Notes: generated from the letters alone by a model not told the origin. A stretch of DNA of 63,583 nucleotides, filler included, from Octopus bimaculoides (GCF_001194135.2; 6 parts of 6 records of this genome joined end to end with filler, not necessarily neighbours in it); one strand, 5' to 3'; shown: positions 26,641 to 41,700, numbered from the whole stretch's first letter. Numbers and translations are program-made.

Positions 26641-27322
26641 TACAGACACGCATAATCTGTCCTCTGTCAAACTCCCCCACAACCCATCATCCGAAGCCCA
26701 CTCCATCCAACCACCCATGATCACCCATCCCTACAGGTCCCTCCACCATCCCTTATGTGTCTACCTGCACGCTCTCCATGCTCTCACATATCAACCACAC
26801 CTTGCTCCCAGTTACTCCAATTTCTCTCACCACCACTTGCTGCAGTTACCTCTTTCCCTTCTCTAAACACTTCTCTTCACACTCTTATAGAACATCCCCT
26901 TCTATTCCCTCTGTACTACTTGTACTTCATCCCTCACTGTTCTTCCAGCTATTTCTCTCTCTGTCTCTCTATTTTTCTTTCAAACTCTCTCCTTCTTCTC
27001 CTTTCTTTTCCTACTGGGGTAAGATATCTGTAGTAAGACATCTATCTCTAAAGCCACCTCTCTTAGTTCAACTCCCTCTCTCAGCTGAGAGGTCTTCATC
27101 TTGCAAGTTACTTGGCTACTCCTCTAGTTTGGTGTCACACAAAAAGCACCAGTGCTGGTCTGATGTAAAAAGCACCCAGTACTCTGAGTAAACTGGTGGT
27201 AGAAACTATGTCAAAACAGGCAATGAAATCTGGTGATGATGACGATGACGATGGTGATACATATTTTTTTAGTAAAAATAAAAACTAAAGGTATAAAAGC
27301 CGGTTTTGATGAGTAAACCTAC

Positions 27323-27375
27323 TTGTTCATGGGAGTGAGACCGCCATCGGATTGCATAAACAATGTCTGAATACC
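27323..27375 (-). CDS. OPLAH: OPLAH exon (53 nt, phase 0/2)
   Basis: tattcttcctcag|GGTATT...AACAA|gtaggt; GIQTLFMQSDGGLTPMN. Confidence 0.9.
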
Positions 27376-30300
27376 CTGAGGAAGAATAGAATAATTTTAT
27401 ATATAAATCTACAAAAAAAAAAGTTAGCAATGCAAAGAAATTAGTACAAAATCTGAGAAATAGTATTACAAAATACAGGCACGGCTCAGTGGAAAAGAAG
27501 TTTACTTTGTAACCATGTAACTTTGGGTTTGATCCCACTGTGTGATACCTTGGGAAAATATCTTCTGTTAGAGCCTTTCATTGACAACAGTCTTGTGAAT
27601 AAAATCTAATAGAAACTTTATGGAAGCCTGTTGTATACATGTGTGTGTATAGACAATGGTGACATTTGTTTATGTCCTGCAACATGCGAAGGCAAGGAAC
27701 AATATATCATCAGCATTATCATCATCATTAACTTTTCTATGCTTGCAAAGGTCAATTTGTTGAGGAAAAGTTTTAACAGCTAGATTCCTTTCTTGTCACT
27801 AACTCTCATCTGTTTCCAAGCAAAATAATTTCCCTGTTGCCAGGCATGTTTTTCATGGAAGACTGGAAAGGAACAATTTTCTTTTATAAGTACAAAGTTA
27901 ACTTTTGCAAGGGCAGAGATAAGGTTGATATAATTAACTCTGATATATTCATGGTATCTATTTTAATGAATGCATAATGAAAAGGTCGCTATGTGGTTGC
28001 TTGATCTGCTAGAAATAGTAGTTAAAATCGACTGCTAATACTGCCACATCATTTCTTTAGAAGAGAAAGAATACATTGAATAATGTAGGCTTTAATATTA
28101 AAAATTATGAGATGGTCAATGCTGGAATGCCTCTGATTGATCATAGATCTGCTCAAATAGAGTTGATCTGGGGTTAAATAACAAGAAATGTAGACATTCA
28201 GAAAATGCAGTAGATCCCCAGTTAGTTCATAACCTTAGAAATAATGAACAAAAAGGCAAAGAAGAAAAAAATTCATAGTTCCACTATGACCACAATCACA
28301 ATCAATATTGTTGAATCACAGAGGGAGCTTCCTTATGGTACCTGAACCAGCCAGAAATGGCAATCAATTCTCCTTCAAATCACATCCTATTATCTCAAAA
28401 AGATAAGGACATATTGGACCCAAAAAAAATGATATAGACAAGGCTAGAATGCCTTTTATTATACATCTATCAGATCAGGACTTAACTAGAGCTAAGCAAC
28501 AATTTCTAACACTAATATTTTATTCTGAGTTTCTTATTTTTTACCTTCAACTGGTCTTTGAAACCTTCAGCAAAGCTGGCAACGTATTTCTTCACACATG
28601 GAGTCAGATAAGCATCAGCACAGGCTGTAGATAGACAAATAAAAACATACAAAATATAAAAATAAAAATGGTTTTATAATGTTTGGAGATGATGCAGTAA
28701 TGTGTTAACATGTAAATAAATCTCAGTATAGTAGCTGTACAAATGTCTGAGAAAAGTTATTAAGATTTCAGTTTTACAAACTAGTGTTCTAATCCTTATT
28801 TATAGGTGGGGAGAACAAATAATTGAACCAATACCCAGTATATGCCTGGGTAAAAGACCTTATGCTATTTTTTTTTTTTTTTATTAATAACAGCTTCATT
28901 CATTGGTTGACTGACTTTTCAATGGAAACAGTAATAACAGAGTGCCTGAATAATTCTAGTGAAATGAAAACCAGAAGGTATTTTTGTTTTAATGCACCAG
29001 TTTCATCATTTTCCTCATCAATGTGTACATCTTTTGTTTTTACACACACACACACACACACACATACTTGCTGGTGCCGCATAAAATGCACCCAGTAAAC
29101 TGTGTAAAGTGGTTAGCATTAGGAAGGGCGTCCAGCAGTAAAAACTGTTGCTTGGTTCACATCAATGTTGCTGGGATGTGTTGTTGTTGAGATAGTTGCT
29201 GGTTGATTTGTAGAAGCTGCATGCAATGATTCAACAATATGAAGCAAACATTTAAACATGATTTATTAACACTGAGCAAATCATTACAAAGTTGTTCATA
29301 AATTATAAGATATCTACAGAGTCAACAAGATGATAGAAATATAATGCAACATGCAAAGCTGCTGGATATCAAAATTTACCACTAGGGCTGGATTAAACAC
29401 AAGGAATATTTATACATGTGCTGTTTCAGGCTTGCCACTACAAATTGCATTATGGTTTAAGCAAGCAGTTGTTATAATGATTATGAAAGAAAGAGTGTGT
29501 ATTTCAGACTGGAAACAAGGACACACTGAAGTTTGGTGTTGAAGAGGGTTGTTTATAGGCCTTGTAGGGAAATATTCTAGTGCCTTCCTGAATAATCTTT
29601 CATGTGATTTCTGGCTTCTGATTGGTCAATAACTTGGTTGCACACATGGTCAAGCTGTTGCTATGTCATGGCTTGAAATCCACAAGGTAGCAACGTGAGT
29701 TCAAGTCCTGCTACAAAACCATGCCAAAGCAGACAGTGGAACTTAGCACAGTCCCCAGGCTTAGCAGCTCCTGTCAAACCATCCAACCCATGCCAGCATG
29801 GAAATGGACATTAGATGATGATGATGATGATACATGCCTTTTATAGTAAGGTCACTAATTTTCTGGTAAGCTTGGTTCTTGACACTTACTGGATTATTTG
29901 ATTTGTCAGATAAACAGAAGGTATGCAACAATAATTCAGTGTAAATTTCAAGAAGACTATTGTCATGTTATCAATAACTTTTTTGCTTTTTCACCAGAAA
30001 CATTTTTATAAAAGGTGGAAACACCCTTTCAATTCTTCAACTATAATAAAATGAAGGTGTAAATATTTAAAAATAGAATTTAATGCCACTATTAATCTCT
30101 TAACCATTGATATTCTGTAGATATTCTCTTGAAACGTAACTGTGAAGGACATTTACTTTTTCTTTGTTCATGCTGGAACACTGTATTCTCCTCAGTGAAG
30201 TTAAGTTATCTATTAAAGTCCTGTTCACAAAAAAAAAGGGTTGTTAGTGGAGTTAGGTTTAATTTGAAACACTTACCCTTTCATACCATTATAGTTAGGG

Positions 30301-33300
30301 TTAGAGAGAGTGTGTCTAGTGAATAAACAGAGGTGCACTGTGAAGGCTTGGTTGCAAAAAACTGAATATATATGTACATATATATGGTTGCTAAAAAAAT
30401 TAATATATATGTTCACATGTCACAAGCAACCTTACCATATTGTAAAATGGATTTGAAAGAGTCTTTATTTGGTCACTCATGTATTCAAGAAATATACTAA
30501 AAACAAAAAAAATATACCTGTATAACCTCGGGGAACAATTTTGACCATTGGTATCACATCAAATGACAGAGAAATGTGTTCAAAACCAATTTCTTGGGCA
30601 ATTTTTTCTACCTGTTTTTCATGATTTGGATAGCTATAACATAATAAAACATGAAATATCAGTTCTGAATTTTACTATTTATAATTCAGTATCAAAAAAT
30701 GAATGAAGTAGTGTCTGTGGGATTTAATGAAGGTTTGCAGCCAAAAAAAACAAAAATGTAATGATAAAAGTTGTAAAAATGATATGCTTCTTTACCACAA
30801 GGGCTCGATCTGATATGTAACAATACATATATTTATGTACTTTGATCTACATGAGGGTTAAATACATGTATCTAAGTTGATATGCGTGTGCATATTAGTC
30901 TATACTCGTTAGGATCAATAAGTGAATCTATGTGTATGCATGAAAATATAAATATGTATGTGTGTGTGAATCAGTGCATGTGGCTGAACACATGTACGCT
31001 GGGCTAATAACTTTTACTCTGGGTAAGAACCCACAAGAGTCGTAAAAGGACAGATGAACTTGAATTAAAGGGACAATTAAGAATAGATGTGGATGTATGT
31101 TCATAATTATGTATAAATGTAATTTTCTATGCCTATGTTTGTGTATTTTACCCCATAATATACTGTAGTCATGAATGTCAACTTAAATGCCCAACTGTGT
31201 TTTTTATGTTTTGTCCCTGCCAGTATGCTCCGCTGGATGTGTAATGTCAGTGTGCATACTAGACAGAGTGTAAGTACCTTGAGAGAAAAGTTGAATCTAA
31301 GAAGCATCAGTTGTGGTGTGCAAGAGAGACAATTGCGCTGGTATGGTCATGTGGTTAGAATGGATGAAGATAGCTGTGTGAAAAAGTGCCACACCCTAGC
31401 AGTTGAGAGAAGCTGTGGAAGAGGTAGACCTAGGAAGACCTGGGATGAGGTGGTAAGGCATGACCTTCGAACATTGGGCCTCATCGAGGCAATGACTTCT
31501 GACCGAGACCTTTGGAAATATGCTGTGCGTGAGAAGACCTGGCAAACCAAGTTAGACCTAAATCCAAGGCCTCTGCCAGGGGTGTAACCAGCCCACTTAT
31601 GCGTACCTTCCTTCATTGGACACTAAACTCCGCTTGCGAAGACCTGTTGAGGCAAGTGAAATCGAAATCGAACTAAATTCGACGACTGGCACTCATGCCA
31701 ATGTCGTCTCCTTCATTGGACACTAAACTCGGCTTGCGAAGACCTGTTAGGGCAAGCGAAAGCGAAATCATGATGGCACCTGTGCCCAGCATTGCCTTCG
31801 TGGCACGTGTAAAGACATTTGAGCAGGATTGCTGCCAGTGCTGCTGGACTGACTCCTGTGCAAGTGGCATGTAAAATACACCATTTTGAGCATGGCCGTT
31901 GCCAGTACCGCCTGACCAGCCTTCGTGCCGGTGGCACGTAAAAGCATCCACTACACTCTCTGAGTGGTTGGTGTTAGGAAGGGCATCCAGCTGTAGAAAT
32001 CTGCCAAATCAGATTGGAGCCTGGTGTAGCCATCTGGTTCACCAGGCCTCAGTCAAATCGTCCAACCCATGCTAGCATGGAAAGCGGACGTTAAACGATG
32101 ATGATGATGATGACGATGATCTCATACATTTTATGGATTTATTTAATGTATTTCTTTATCAGAACAAGCATAATACTTGATTAACCTGCTCATTGTATAC
32201 TTATTTTATTTTTGATTCTTATATACGTATTTTATTAATGATTAATTGTAAGTAAATTCATTACCTATGCGAGAACTGTTCCTCATTCTAAATCATTTTA
32301 ACTCAGAATCTCTCCTGTACTCCACCAGCTACAGACAATAACAAAATGTCTTCTAATTGAAATAAGCAAAATGGGGATTAAAGAGTGTACCTTTAGAAAA
32401 GTCACCTGATGAGGCACATCTGTACTGAATGATGCACCACAACCAGTCATACAGAATCTCACCTGCAAGAGATTGATGCATGATGGGTTGAAATGATTGT
32501 AATGATTAATAAAGAATCACAAATTCTGTTTCCTCTTTCTCTCATGTCATATGCATGCATGCATGTATGTATGTATGTATGTATAAGGAGGGTAGGCATA
32601 GCTGTGTGGTAAGAAGTTTGCTTCCCAACCACATGATTCTGATTTCAAACCTGCTGCATGGCACCTTGGGCTGACCACAGTTGTTTTAATATATCACCAC
32701 TGAAAATGTTTTATGAGTCTGAGGGACAAGATGGCTCAATGAAGCTGCAGATATAGACAAAGAGTGAAGTGAAATGATTTATCTGGTCATCAATCACATG
32801 CCACAAATTTGGGTTGCAGTACTCTACTTATAAATATATATGGTTGCAAGATATAAGTTTATTGGAATATTCTTAGATCTCAGTCAAGACATTTTTGCAA
32901 GGACTCCAAAACTAGTGTGAAGGAAAATGGAAAAAGAAATCATACCTCATGGGTTGATATGGTAGGAAGTAGCATATCAAGATACTGAGTTATTCTCAAA
33001 CAAGAGGCCTATTTTGAATTGTTACAACAAAGAGGACACCAGGTGATGGTTTTAAACCTGCAACACACTAGTTGTGTACCACCTAAGAACAGGTACAAGT
33101 CTGATGGACTTCCACACAATTTATGTCTACCCAATTACATTCACACAAGGCTTGGGTTGATCTGAAACAATGGAAGAGGACACTACCCAACATGTTGTGC
33201 AGCAGAAGTGAATCTTGAGTCACATGTTTGCTAAGCAAAAAAAAAAAAGAAAAACCTTACGTGTAAGAATGCATGAGAATGACAGCAAGGCTTTTAATTC

Positions 33301-34754
33301 CTTGACCATAGACAGTAACCAGGTCCTGCTTTAGTTTCTCGGTGTTTATTTCTGACCATTCATGTAACTGCAATATAGAGAAACTCATGAATGATGAAGA
33401 GAAAAACAACAATATTTTACATATTGAGACTGCTAACATCAAAAGTTTGGGAAATGGTGATGGATTTTCCATCAATTTCAGTGATGGGTATTCAGTTACT
33501 TGACAAAATGAAATTAATGTGTAAGTGGTTGGGTATTACACAAGCACATGTACCATTATTGCAAATTTCAAATTGAGTAAGTGTGACACAGTGTTACAAA
33601 GCTGGACCTTTAAATAGCAGGCAAAACAGAGAAAACGGGAAAGAGAAAAAGACCTCAGTACCAGACTGGTACTTTATTTATGGACCTCCCCCTCACTACT
33701 TCAAAAAGGGATTTGATCATTTCATATGCACATTACCAAGACAACTGGAAAGATAGATATTAAGGTCTTTTAAGACAAGAGACCAAGAAGTCATGTTGAT
33801 ACCTTTGTTCTCAGTCTCCTGGACTACTGCTCTCATCTATGGTCACCACATAGTGCCAAACTAACAGTGGATCTTGAAGCAGTCCAGTGTTACTACATTA
33901 AAAAGATTGTAACAGTGCAGCAGATGAGCTACTGAGAGAGACTGAAAAAACTATAACTTTATTCTCTGAAGTGTAGATGCAAGAGATATGTAATAATCTA
34001 CATATGGAAAATTCTGGAAGGGTTAGTACCTAATTTCAGCATTGAGTGTTATACAAATGAGCAAACTGGATGCCATTGCATTGTACCTAAGGTACAGTCC
34101 ATCCCATCTAATGTCAGGACCAAGTACTGCAATAGCTTAGGGTTCAAAGACTGACAGCTCTTCAGTGTTCTGCCCNNNNNNNNNNNNNNNNNNNNNNNNN
34201 NNNNNNNNNNNNNNNNNNNNNNNNNNNNNNNNNNNNNNNNNNNNNNNNNNNNNNNNNNNNNNNNNNNNNNNNNNNNNNNNNNNNNNNNNNNNNNNNNNNN
34301 NNNNNNNNNNNNNNNNNNNNNNNNNNNNNNNNNNNNNNNNNNNNNNNNNNNNNNNNNNNNNNNNNNNNNNNNNNNNNNNNNNNNNNNNNNNNNNNNNNNN
34401 NNNNNNNNNNNNNNNNNNNNNNNNNNNNNNNNNNNNNNNNNNNNNNNNNNNNNNNNNNNNNNNNNNNNNNNNNNNNNNNNNNNNNNNNNNNNNNNNNNNN
34501 NNNNNNNNNNNNNNNNNNNNNNNNNNNNNNNNNNNNNNNNNNNNNNNNNNNNNNNNNNNNNNNNNTTACGTGCCACCAGCATGGAAGCCAGTCAAGGCAG
34601 CACTGGCATCAGCCACGTTTGGATGGTGCTTTTTACATGCTACTGGTATGGTGCTCACAACTACAATTTCCATTTGATTTGATTTTGATATTGCTGATGG
34701 TGATGTACTTGACTCGGCATTGGCCACGTTTGGATGGTGCATATGTGTGTATTA

Positions 34755-34818
<64 letters not shown>

Positions 34819-37800
34819 TGTAATCGTTTTGGCTATGCACTCAGTAAAATGCTTATAATCCAGCAAAGCAAACTCAGGATTTACTCCATGGAATGAAATA
34901 CATTGGAATTGTTTACCGTAAGTAATCCTATGTGCATTGTACCAAAGGTACCAACCACTCTGTCTAAAGTCTAAACCAAAAAAAAACAGGTACTGAAATA
35001 ACTTCAAAGACCTATAGTTCTTCAATGCTTTACCAAAAAATATTAAGAAACCTGCTACACAATGTGGACATGGACTTCTTCAAAAAGGAACTGGACATTC
35101 TCCTATCCAAGAGATCAGATGAACCAATGGTGCAGTATGAAGTACCAGCAAGGAATGGTTCGACTGTTTCCAGAAACAGTTTAAAATAAAGTGGGTTTCC
35201 CTGCATGGTAATCCAGCGAATATATGTATATGTATATATTGTAATTGTTTTGGCTATGCACTCAGTAAATTGTTTATAATCCAGCAAAGCAAACCCAGGA
35301 TTTACTCCATGGGATGAAATACATTGGAATTGTTTACCTTAAGCAATCCTATGTGCATTGCATGAGCCGACAAAAAAGCTGCCAAGAAGTACCTCAAAAC
35401 CTTCAGGTAGATCATTGAGGACAAGGGATACAAGCTGGAACAGGTTTTCAGTATGGACGAGACTGGCTTCTTTCGGAAGAAGATGTCTTCCAGAACATAC
35501 ATCATGAAGGACAAAGCCAGACCCCCAGCACTTAAGGCACAGGACAGGGTGATGCTAATTACGTGTGGCAATGCTGTTGGCTTCATGATGAAACCAGGAC
35601 TTATCTATAAGTCCAGGAACCCGAGGGCCTTTAAAAATAAGAATAAAAATCTGCTGCATGCCCACCAAATGCACAACCTCAAGGCCTGGATTACCAAAAG
35701 TCTAACTTTGAATTGGTTTCACCAATGCTTCATCCCTCAAGTCAAGGAATACCTCCAAAATGTTTGCATGGAATTCAATGTATTGCTTGTTATGGATAAT
35801 GCTGGCAGTCACTCTTTGGATTTGAATCTCGATGGAATTCAAGTCAAGTTCCTCCCTACCAACACCACCTCTCTCATCCAGCCTATGGATCAGGGCGTGA
35901 TCCATACCTTCATGGCACTTTATACTCGGAACTCTCTCCAACACCTTGTGGATGCAATGGATTCGAACAAGAATTTCAAGTTAAGGAGTACTGGCATAAT
36001 TTCACAATTGCAATGTGCCTGTCAGTCATCCACGCTGCTCTTAAAGGCATGTAAAAAGAAACACTCAATGCATGCTGGAAGAAGGTGTGGCCAGAGTGTG
36101 TCCAGGACTACGAGGGCTTCTCATCATCATCATTGTTGTTTAATGTCCACTTTCCATGCTGGCATGGGTTGGACAGTTTGACTGAGGACTGGCAAGCCAG
36201 ACGGATGTATCAGGCTCCAATCTGATCTGGCAGAGTTTCTACAGTTGGATGCCCTTCCAAAAGCCAACCACTCCAAAAGTGTACTGGGTGCTTTTTATGT
36301 GCTACCGGCACAAGGGCCAGTTAGGCGATACTGGCATTGACCATGCTTGAATGGTGCTTTTTACATGCCACCGGTATGGAAGATAGTCAGGCAGCACTGG
36401 CAATGACTATGCTCGAATGGTGCTTTTTACATGCCACCAGCACAGGTGCCAGTCAGGCGGCACTAGTAACGACCACGCTTGAATGGTGCTTTTTATGTGC
36501 CACTGGCATGGGAGCCAGTCAAGTGATACTGGCATTAGCCATGACAATGACTTCACTTGACTCAACAGGTCTTTGCAAGCACAGTTTATTGCCCAGTATT
36601 GAAGGGTACTCTTAAATGGGCTGGTTATGCTGCACTGGCATAGGTCACGGTTACAGTCTCACTTGGCTTGCCAGGTCTTCTGAAGCACAGCATATCTCTA
36701 AAGGTCTCGGTCACTCATCATCGTTCGACGGTTGTACTTCACCACCTCATCCCAGGTCTTCCACAGATTCCGTCTACTACTAGGGTGTGACACCTTTCCA
36801 CACAGCTGTCCTCATCCATATGCAACGCATGACCATATCAATGCAGTCGTCTCTCTTGTACACCACATCTGATGCTTCTTATGTCTAACTTTTCTCTCAG
36901 GGCACTTATACTCTGTTGTATATGCACACTAACATTACAAATTCAGCGGAGTATGCTAGATTAATTTCTTGCAAGCTTACGTATGTCCTCAGCAGTCACG
37001 GCCCATATTTCATTGCTGTGTAGCATGGCTGTTCACACACATGTGTCATACAGTCTACCTGTTACTCTGAGCGAGAGGCCCTTTGTCACCAGCAGAGGCA
37101 GGAGCTCTCTGAATTTTGCTCAGACTATTCTTATTCTAGCAGCTACACTCTTAGAGCATCCACCCCCACTACTGACTTGGTCACCTAGGTAATGGAAGCT
37201 ATCAACTACTTCTAGTTTTTCCTCCTGGCATGTGATGAAAGCTGTTTTCTGCACATTTTCAGTGTTTATTGCACCTGTGCATCTGCCACACACAAAAACT
37301 ATCTTCCCAGTTAGCCTTCCTTTGATACTGTTGCACCTCTAATGTGTCCATAGCTTATACTGGGTACATCTTAGTTTTTACCTACACCTTTTCTACAGAT
37401 TGAGCAGGGCTATCTACCTGAAGGGATTTGTGATTGTCTGCCTTCCTACTTATTAAGACTTTGGTTTTAGCTAGATTGACTCTAAGGCTTTTGATTCTAG
37501 ACCTTGCCTCCACACTTGAAACTTCTCCTCTAGTTCTGATAGTGACTCACCTGAAGATATTCAGCATGAGGCTGTCAACAATGTGGTGAAACTGGCAAAG
37601 GTACTTGGTGGCAAAAGTTTTAATGACATCACACAACGACCTCATTGGTGCCCATTCTGAAACCCTGACAGATGAATATTTGTTGGAGTTAACGAAATCT
37701 GGCAGCAAAGAGGAAGAAGAGGATGAGGGGGGCCTGGCAATCGAACGTCTGTCCGACTTTTTAAGGACAGCAAAGGAATTGCAAGGGAAAGCAGAAGCAT

Positions 37801-38101
37801 GAGATCCCTATATGGTTCGGTCTCTCCAATTTAAAAATGCCATCGATGCTGCCATGCAGACATAAAACTCTTCTCACCACCATGAAGAAACAACAACAGC
37901 AACTTCCCATCACAATCCTTGCATGAAGATACGACATCCCCTAAAACACCTGAAAAAGAGGCGTCACCTGAAGAGCTTTAAATCTTCTTTGCTGTGCAGT
38001 CATTGCCTTCATTATTTTCATCATTATCGTCTTATATCAATATCATTCATTATTGGTGAGTAACAGTACATTTTACTTTAATTTTAGTTAAATTATTATT
38101 A

Positions 38102-38150
<49 letters not shown>

Positions 38151-38726
38151 CAATATTTTATGTTATATTTTGACATTTATAGGCATTTTTATGCACTATG
38201 TCCAATATTTGCGGTTTTTCACAATTTGCGGGTACTCTAGGAATGTAACCCCCGCGAATACCAGGGGACTACTGTATATTAATTCACATCATATATATTA
38301 ATAGTTGATATATTATCATAATTTTCACATTTCCTTTTTTCAAGCTGTTATAGGTTTGATGAGATTGCCCTTGTAGAAAGTTGCCTTAGTTTATTCTTTA
38401 TTCCACTAGATTTCATATGAAACTGATGAAACGAACAACTACACTGTTGCTCAAACAATATCAACATGAAGAGAAGTGGAAAAACTCACACCCACACTTA
38501 CACACATACTCACCAGTATGTATACTTATTCACACACAATAGTCTTCTGTATAATTTCTATCAAACAGACATCATTCACAAGGCCTGAGGCTATAGCAGA
38601 AGACACTTGACCAAAGTGTCAGGCACTGGAATAGGACTCAAAACGGTGTGGTTCCAAAATATACTTCTTAACCACATATTCTTCTTTCTCAAACATATAA
38701 ATATACTGTTGCCACTGCCACAACTA

Positions 38727-38763
<37 letters not shown>

Positions 38764-41700
38764 GACTTTATATATGTATTAGCATGTATGTGTGGATGTA
38801 TGAACAATATATTGAGAAAGGGCATGAGAGCTTTACATGCACAGGAGGTTATAAATAATGACATTCTTAATACTCATAAACACATATATAACAATATTCT
38901 TTTATAACAGCCAAGAGCAGGTATGAGTGGGAGAAGATAGATGATTTTCTGACTTAGTTGTAAAACTAACTTATATTTAACAAATTTTAAATCATAAAAA
39001 AATATACAAATATATATGTAGATACACAGAGGACTACAATGCTAAGAATAAACAATGCAGTGAAAAAATTAGTCAATAAGTTTCAATTTTCTGGGCAAGT
39101 ATGGTAAATATTTCAAGACAAGTTTTTGTATGACCTCATCAGCATACTTGCTAAAGTAATGATAAAGGAATCATTAAGTAAATGATGAAAAGTGTACATT
39201 TGTTGATGTAGGACCACTACAAATCCAAAGTTGTTTCTCTAACCTGCCAAATTAAAGAAACAATATTAGTCAAAAACTAATATTGCTTTTTACAAACAGA
39301 ATCATTAACAACCGAACAAAAAGCTAAGCAGTATTTTGTTCATCTTTACATTTTGAGTTCAAATTCCACCAAGATTGACTTTGCCTTTCATTCTTTTAGT
39401 TGCACACAGGGTCCAACATAATTGACTAGCCTCTTCCCACAAAATTCCAAACCTTGTGCCAATAGTAGAGAGAAATTAACACAAAAACTTAGCTATTGTT
39501 TTTCAAGAGAATGGCATCTAATTTATTTTCTAAAATATGCAAAAATATTCATTGCCAACTACTATACAACCTTGTACATTTTTTTAGTTATTTTTCTTTC
39601 ACTAATTCAATGCAATGACATCCCTTCAAGCCTGGTTTTAAGCCAGTTTATTAGACAAATTTGTCTAATAAAAGAGAGGGCTCCATGCATATGATTGAGC
39701 AGAGGACCCTATGACAAATTTTTAGTGTATCATTGTGGCTAATGGTGAAGTTTCAAGTTCTTAGTGCTTTTTGGCTGGGACTTGCATACTATATGAAGCA
39801 TAAAACATCAATCTTCAGCTTTTGTAGAGTAGAGGATCCCATTGACAATCCTCTAGCTGGGCCTGCACATCCTAGCACCAGACCTGCATCCATTGCTCTT
39901 CTTAGTAGATTTAAGAACACCAAAACATGTCTCTACTTACTTGCAAAAATAACTATCTTTGACTAATATTTAATCATACAGTAATATTATTTTTTGTTTC
40001 CTTTCACAGTGCAATTATTTCAAGTTATCATTTTAACACTCCCAGTATTAAATCTGTTAACATCAATTTGGTTCTCATTTAAACACCTTGTGTTGGGTTT
40101 AGTTATCATTAATCTGTGTTGGAACATGTGGTGATATTACTGATCACTGGAAGGTATTCAAGGAAAATTCAGCTGTTACCTAACATGTGGGTCAAACAGT
40201 TTGATTTCTATTCCAGATATAGCCATTTCTCCTCAATTCTCACAGCCTTGAGAAAAGCAAGATATCAAGTGTTTGCATTTTCTAATTGCTATTAACTGAA
40301 GTTATCAGCCTTCTGCAGTTACTCAAACTTCTAGAAATAGCAGCCAAATTTGATTAGATGTGTTCCAGGTGTGATCATTCCATCCTTTTATTAGATATAT
40401 TATATAAGGGACCACATTATCCAATGTGTCCTTCCAATTTATAAGGAAAGGTGTGACTTGAAGATTTGGCTGCTATTTTTAGCAAGTTAAGCAGCAATGT
40501 GGATGAGAGCCTTCATTTTGCTGGTTCTCAGTTGATTTGTATGACAGATAATTCTCTAATTAGATAAAACTTATTTTAATTAAAAATGTTAAATATTATA
40601 TCCTAACTTTATTTAAAATATGGAACCAAACATTTAATACTAGCATACCTGTGTTGTCAAAAATGTCAACAGTCTTATTAATGATAGAAAATTGCGCATC
40701 AACACAATGAGAAAAGCCATTGATAAATGCCAGCAATTTAGTAAATATATGTACATCACTGCCCAGACTCCAATTATCTGTTTTGGTAAGGTTTCTACAG
40801 CTGGATGCCCTTCTTAACACCAACAACTTTACAGAGTGTGCTGGGTGCTTTTTACATTTCACCAGCACATGTGCATTTACATAGAACTGACACAAGTGCA
40901 TTTTACAAAGCACCAGCAAGAGTGCATTTTGCATAGCACTGGCACCTGTAAGGGCCACAAATTTACTTAGTTTAAAGTGTCTTTTCAAGTACAGCAAATC
41001 ACCTCAAAAGCTGGTCAATTGTCACTTCTTCAGTAAGGCCCAGCATCTGAAGATCCTTTTCCATCACTTTGTCTTTCTGGGTCTAACCCTTCCTCAAGCT
41101 TCCCTCCACAATTAGAGATTAGCACTTCTTTAAGTAGCTGTCCTCATCCACACACATTACATGACCGTACCAGCACAGTTTTCTCTCTTGCACACAATAT
41201 CTGATGCCTCTTCTACCCAGTTATCCCCTTAAATCATTTACACACTGTCGTATGTGAACACTGACATTACCCATTCAGTGAAGCACGTTGGCCTCATTTC
41301 TTCCAAACCTTCGCAAGTCCTCTGTAGTCATGACTTGTGTTTCACTGCCTAGCTGTAGCATATCTGTACATACATAGCCATCATACAATCTGTCTTTCAC
41401 TTTGAGGGAGAGGCCCTTTGTTACCAACAAAGGTAGCAACTCTCTGAACTTTTCCCAGCACATTCTTATTCTGCAACTACACTTTCAGAACTTCCTCCTC
41501 CGCTGCTAACTTGGTTGCCTAGGTAACAGAAGCTATTTACTGCATCTAAGGATCCCCCCAGAACATTTGAAGAAGTCTATTGTATGTGTACGAAGGGTGT
41601 TTATTAAAGGTTTCCCCTGACCCACTTCCCAAGGACTGGGATAAATGAAACTTAGCATAATTATTAGTTCTTCTCTACATAACCACCACCAATGGTGACA

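Noticed and set aside
35453-36181. 242-aa ORF as a domesticated TIGD gene
   Set aside because: Upstream in-frame stop, frameshifted C-terminus, disruption by an RTE and a retained TIR indicate a dead transposon.
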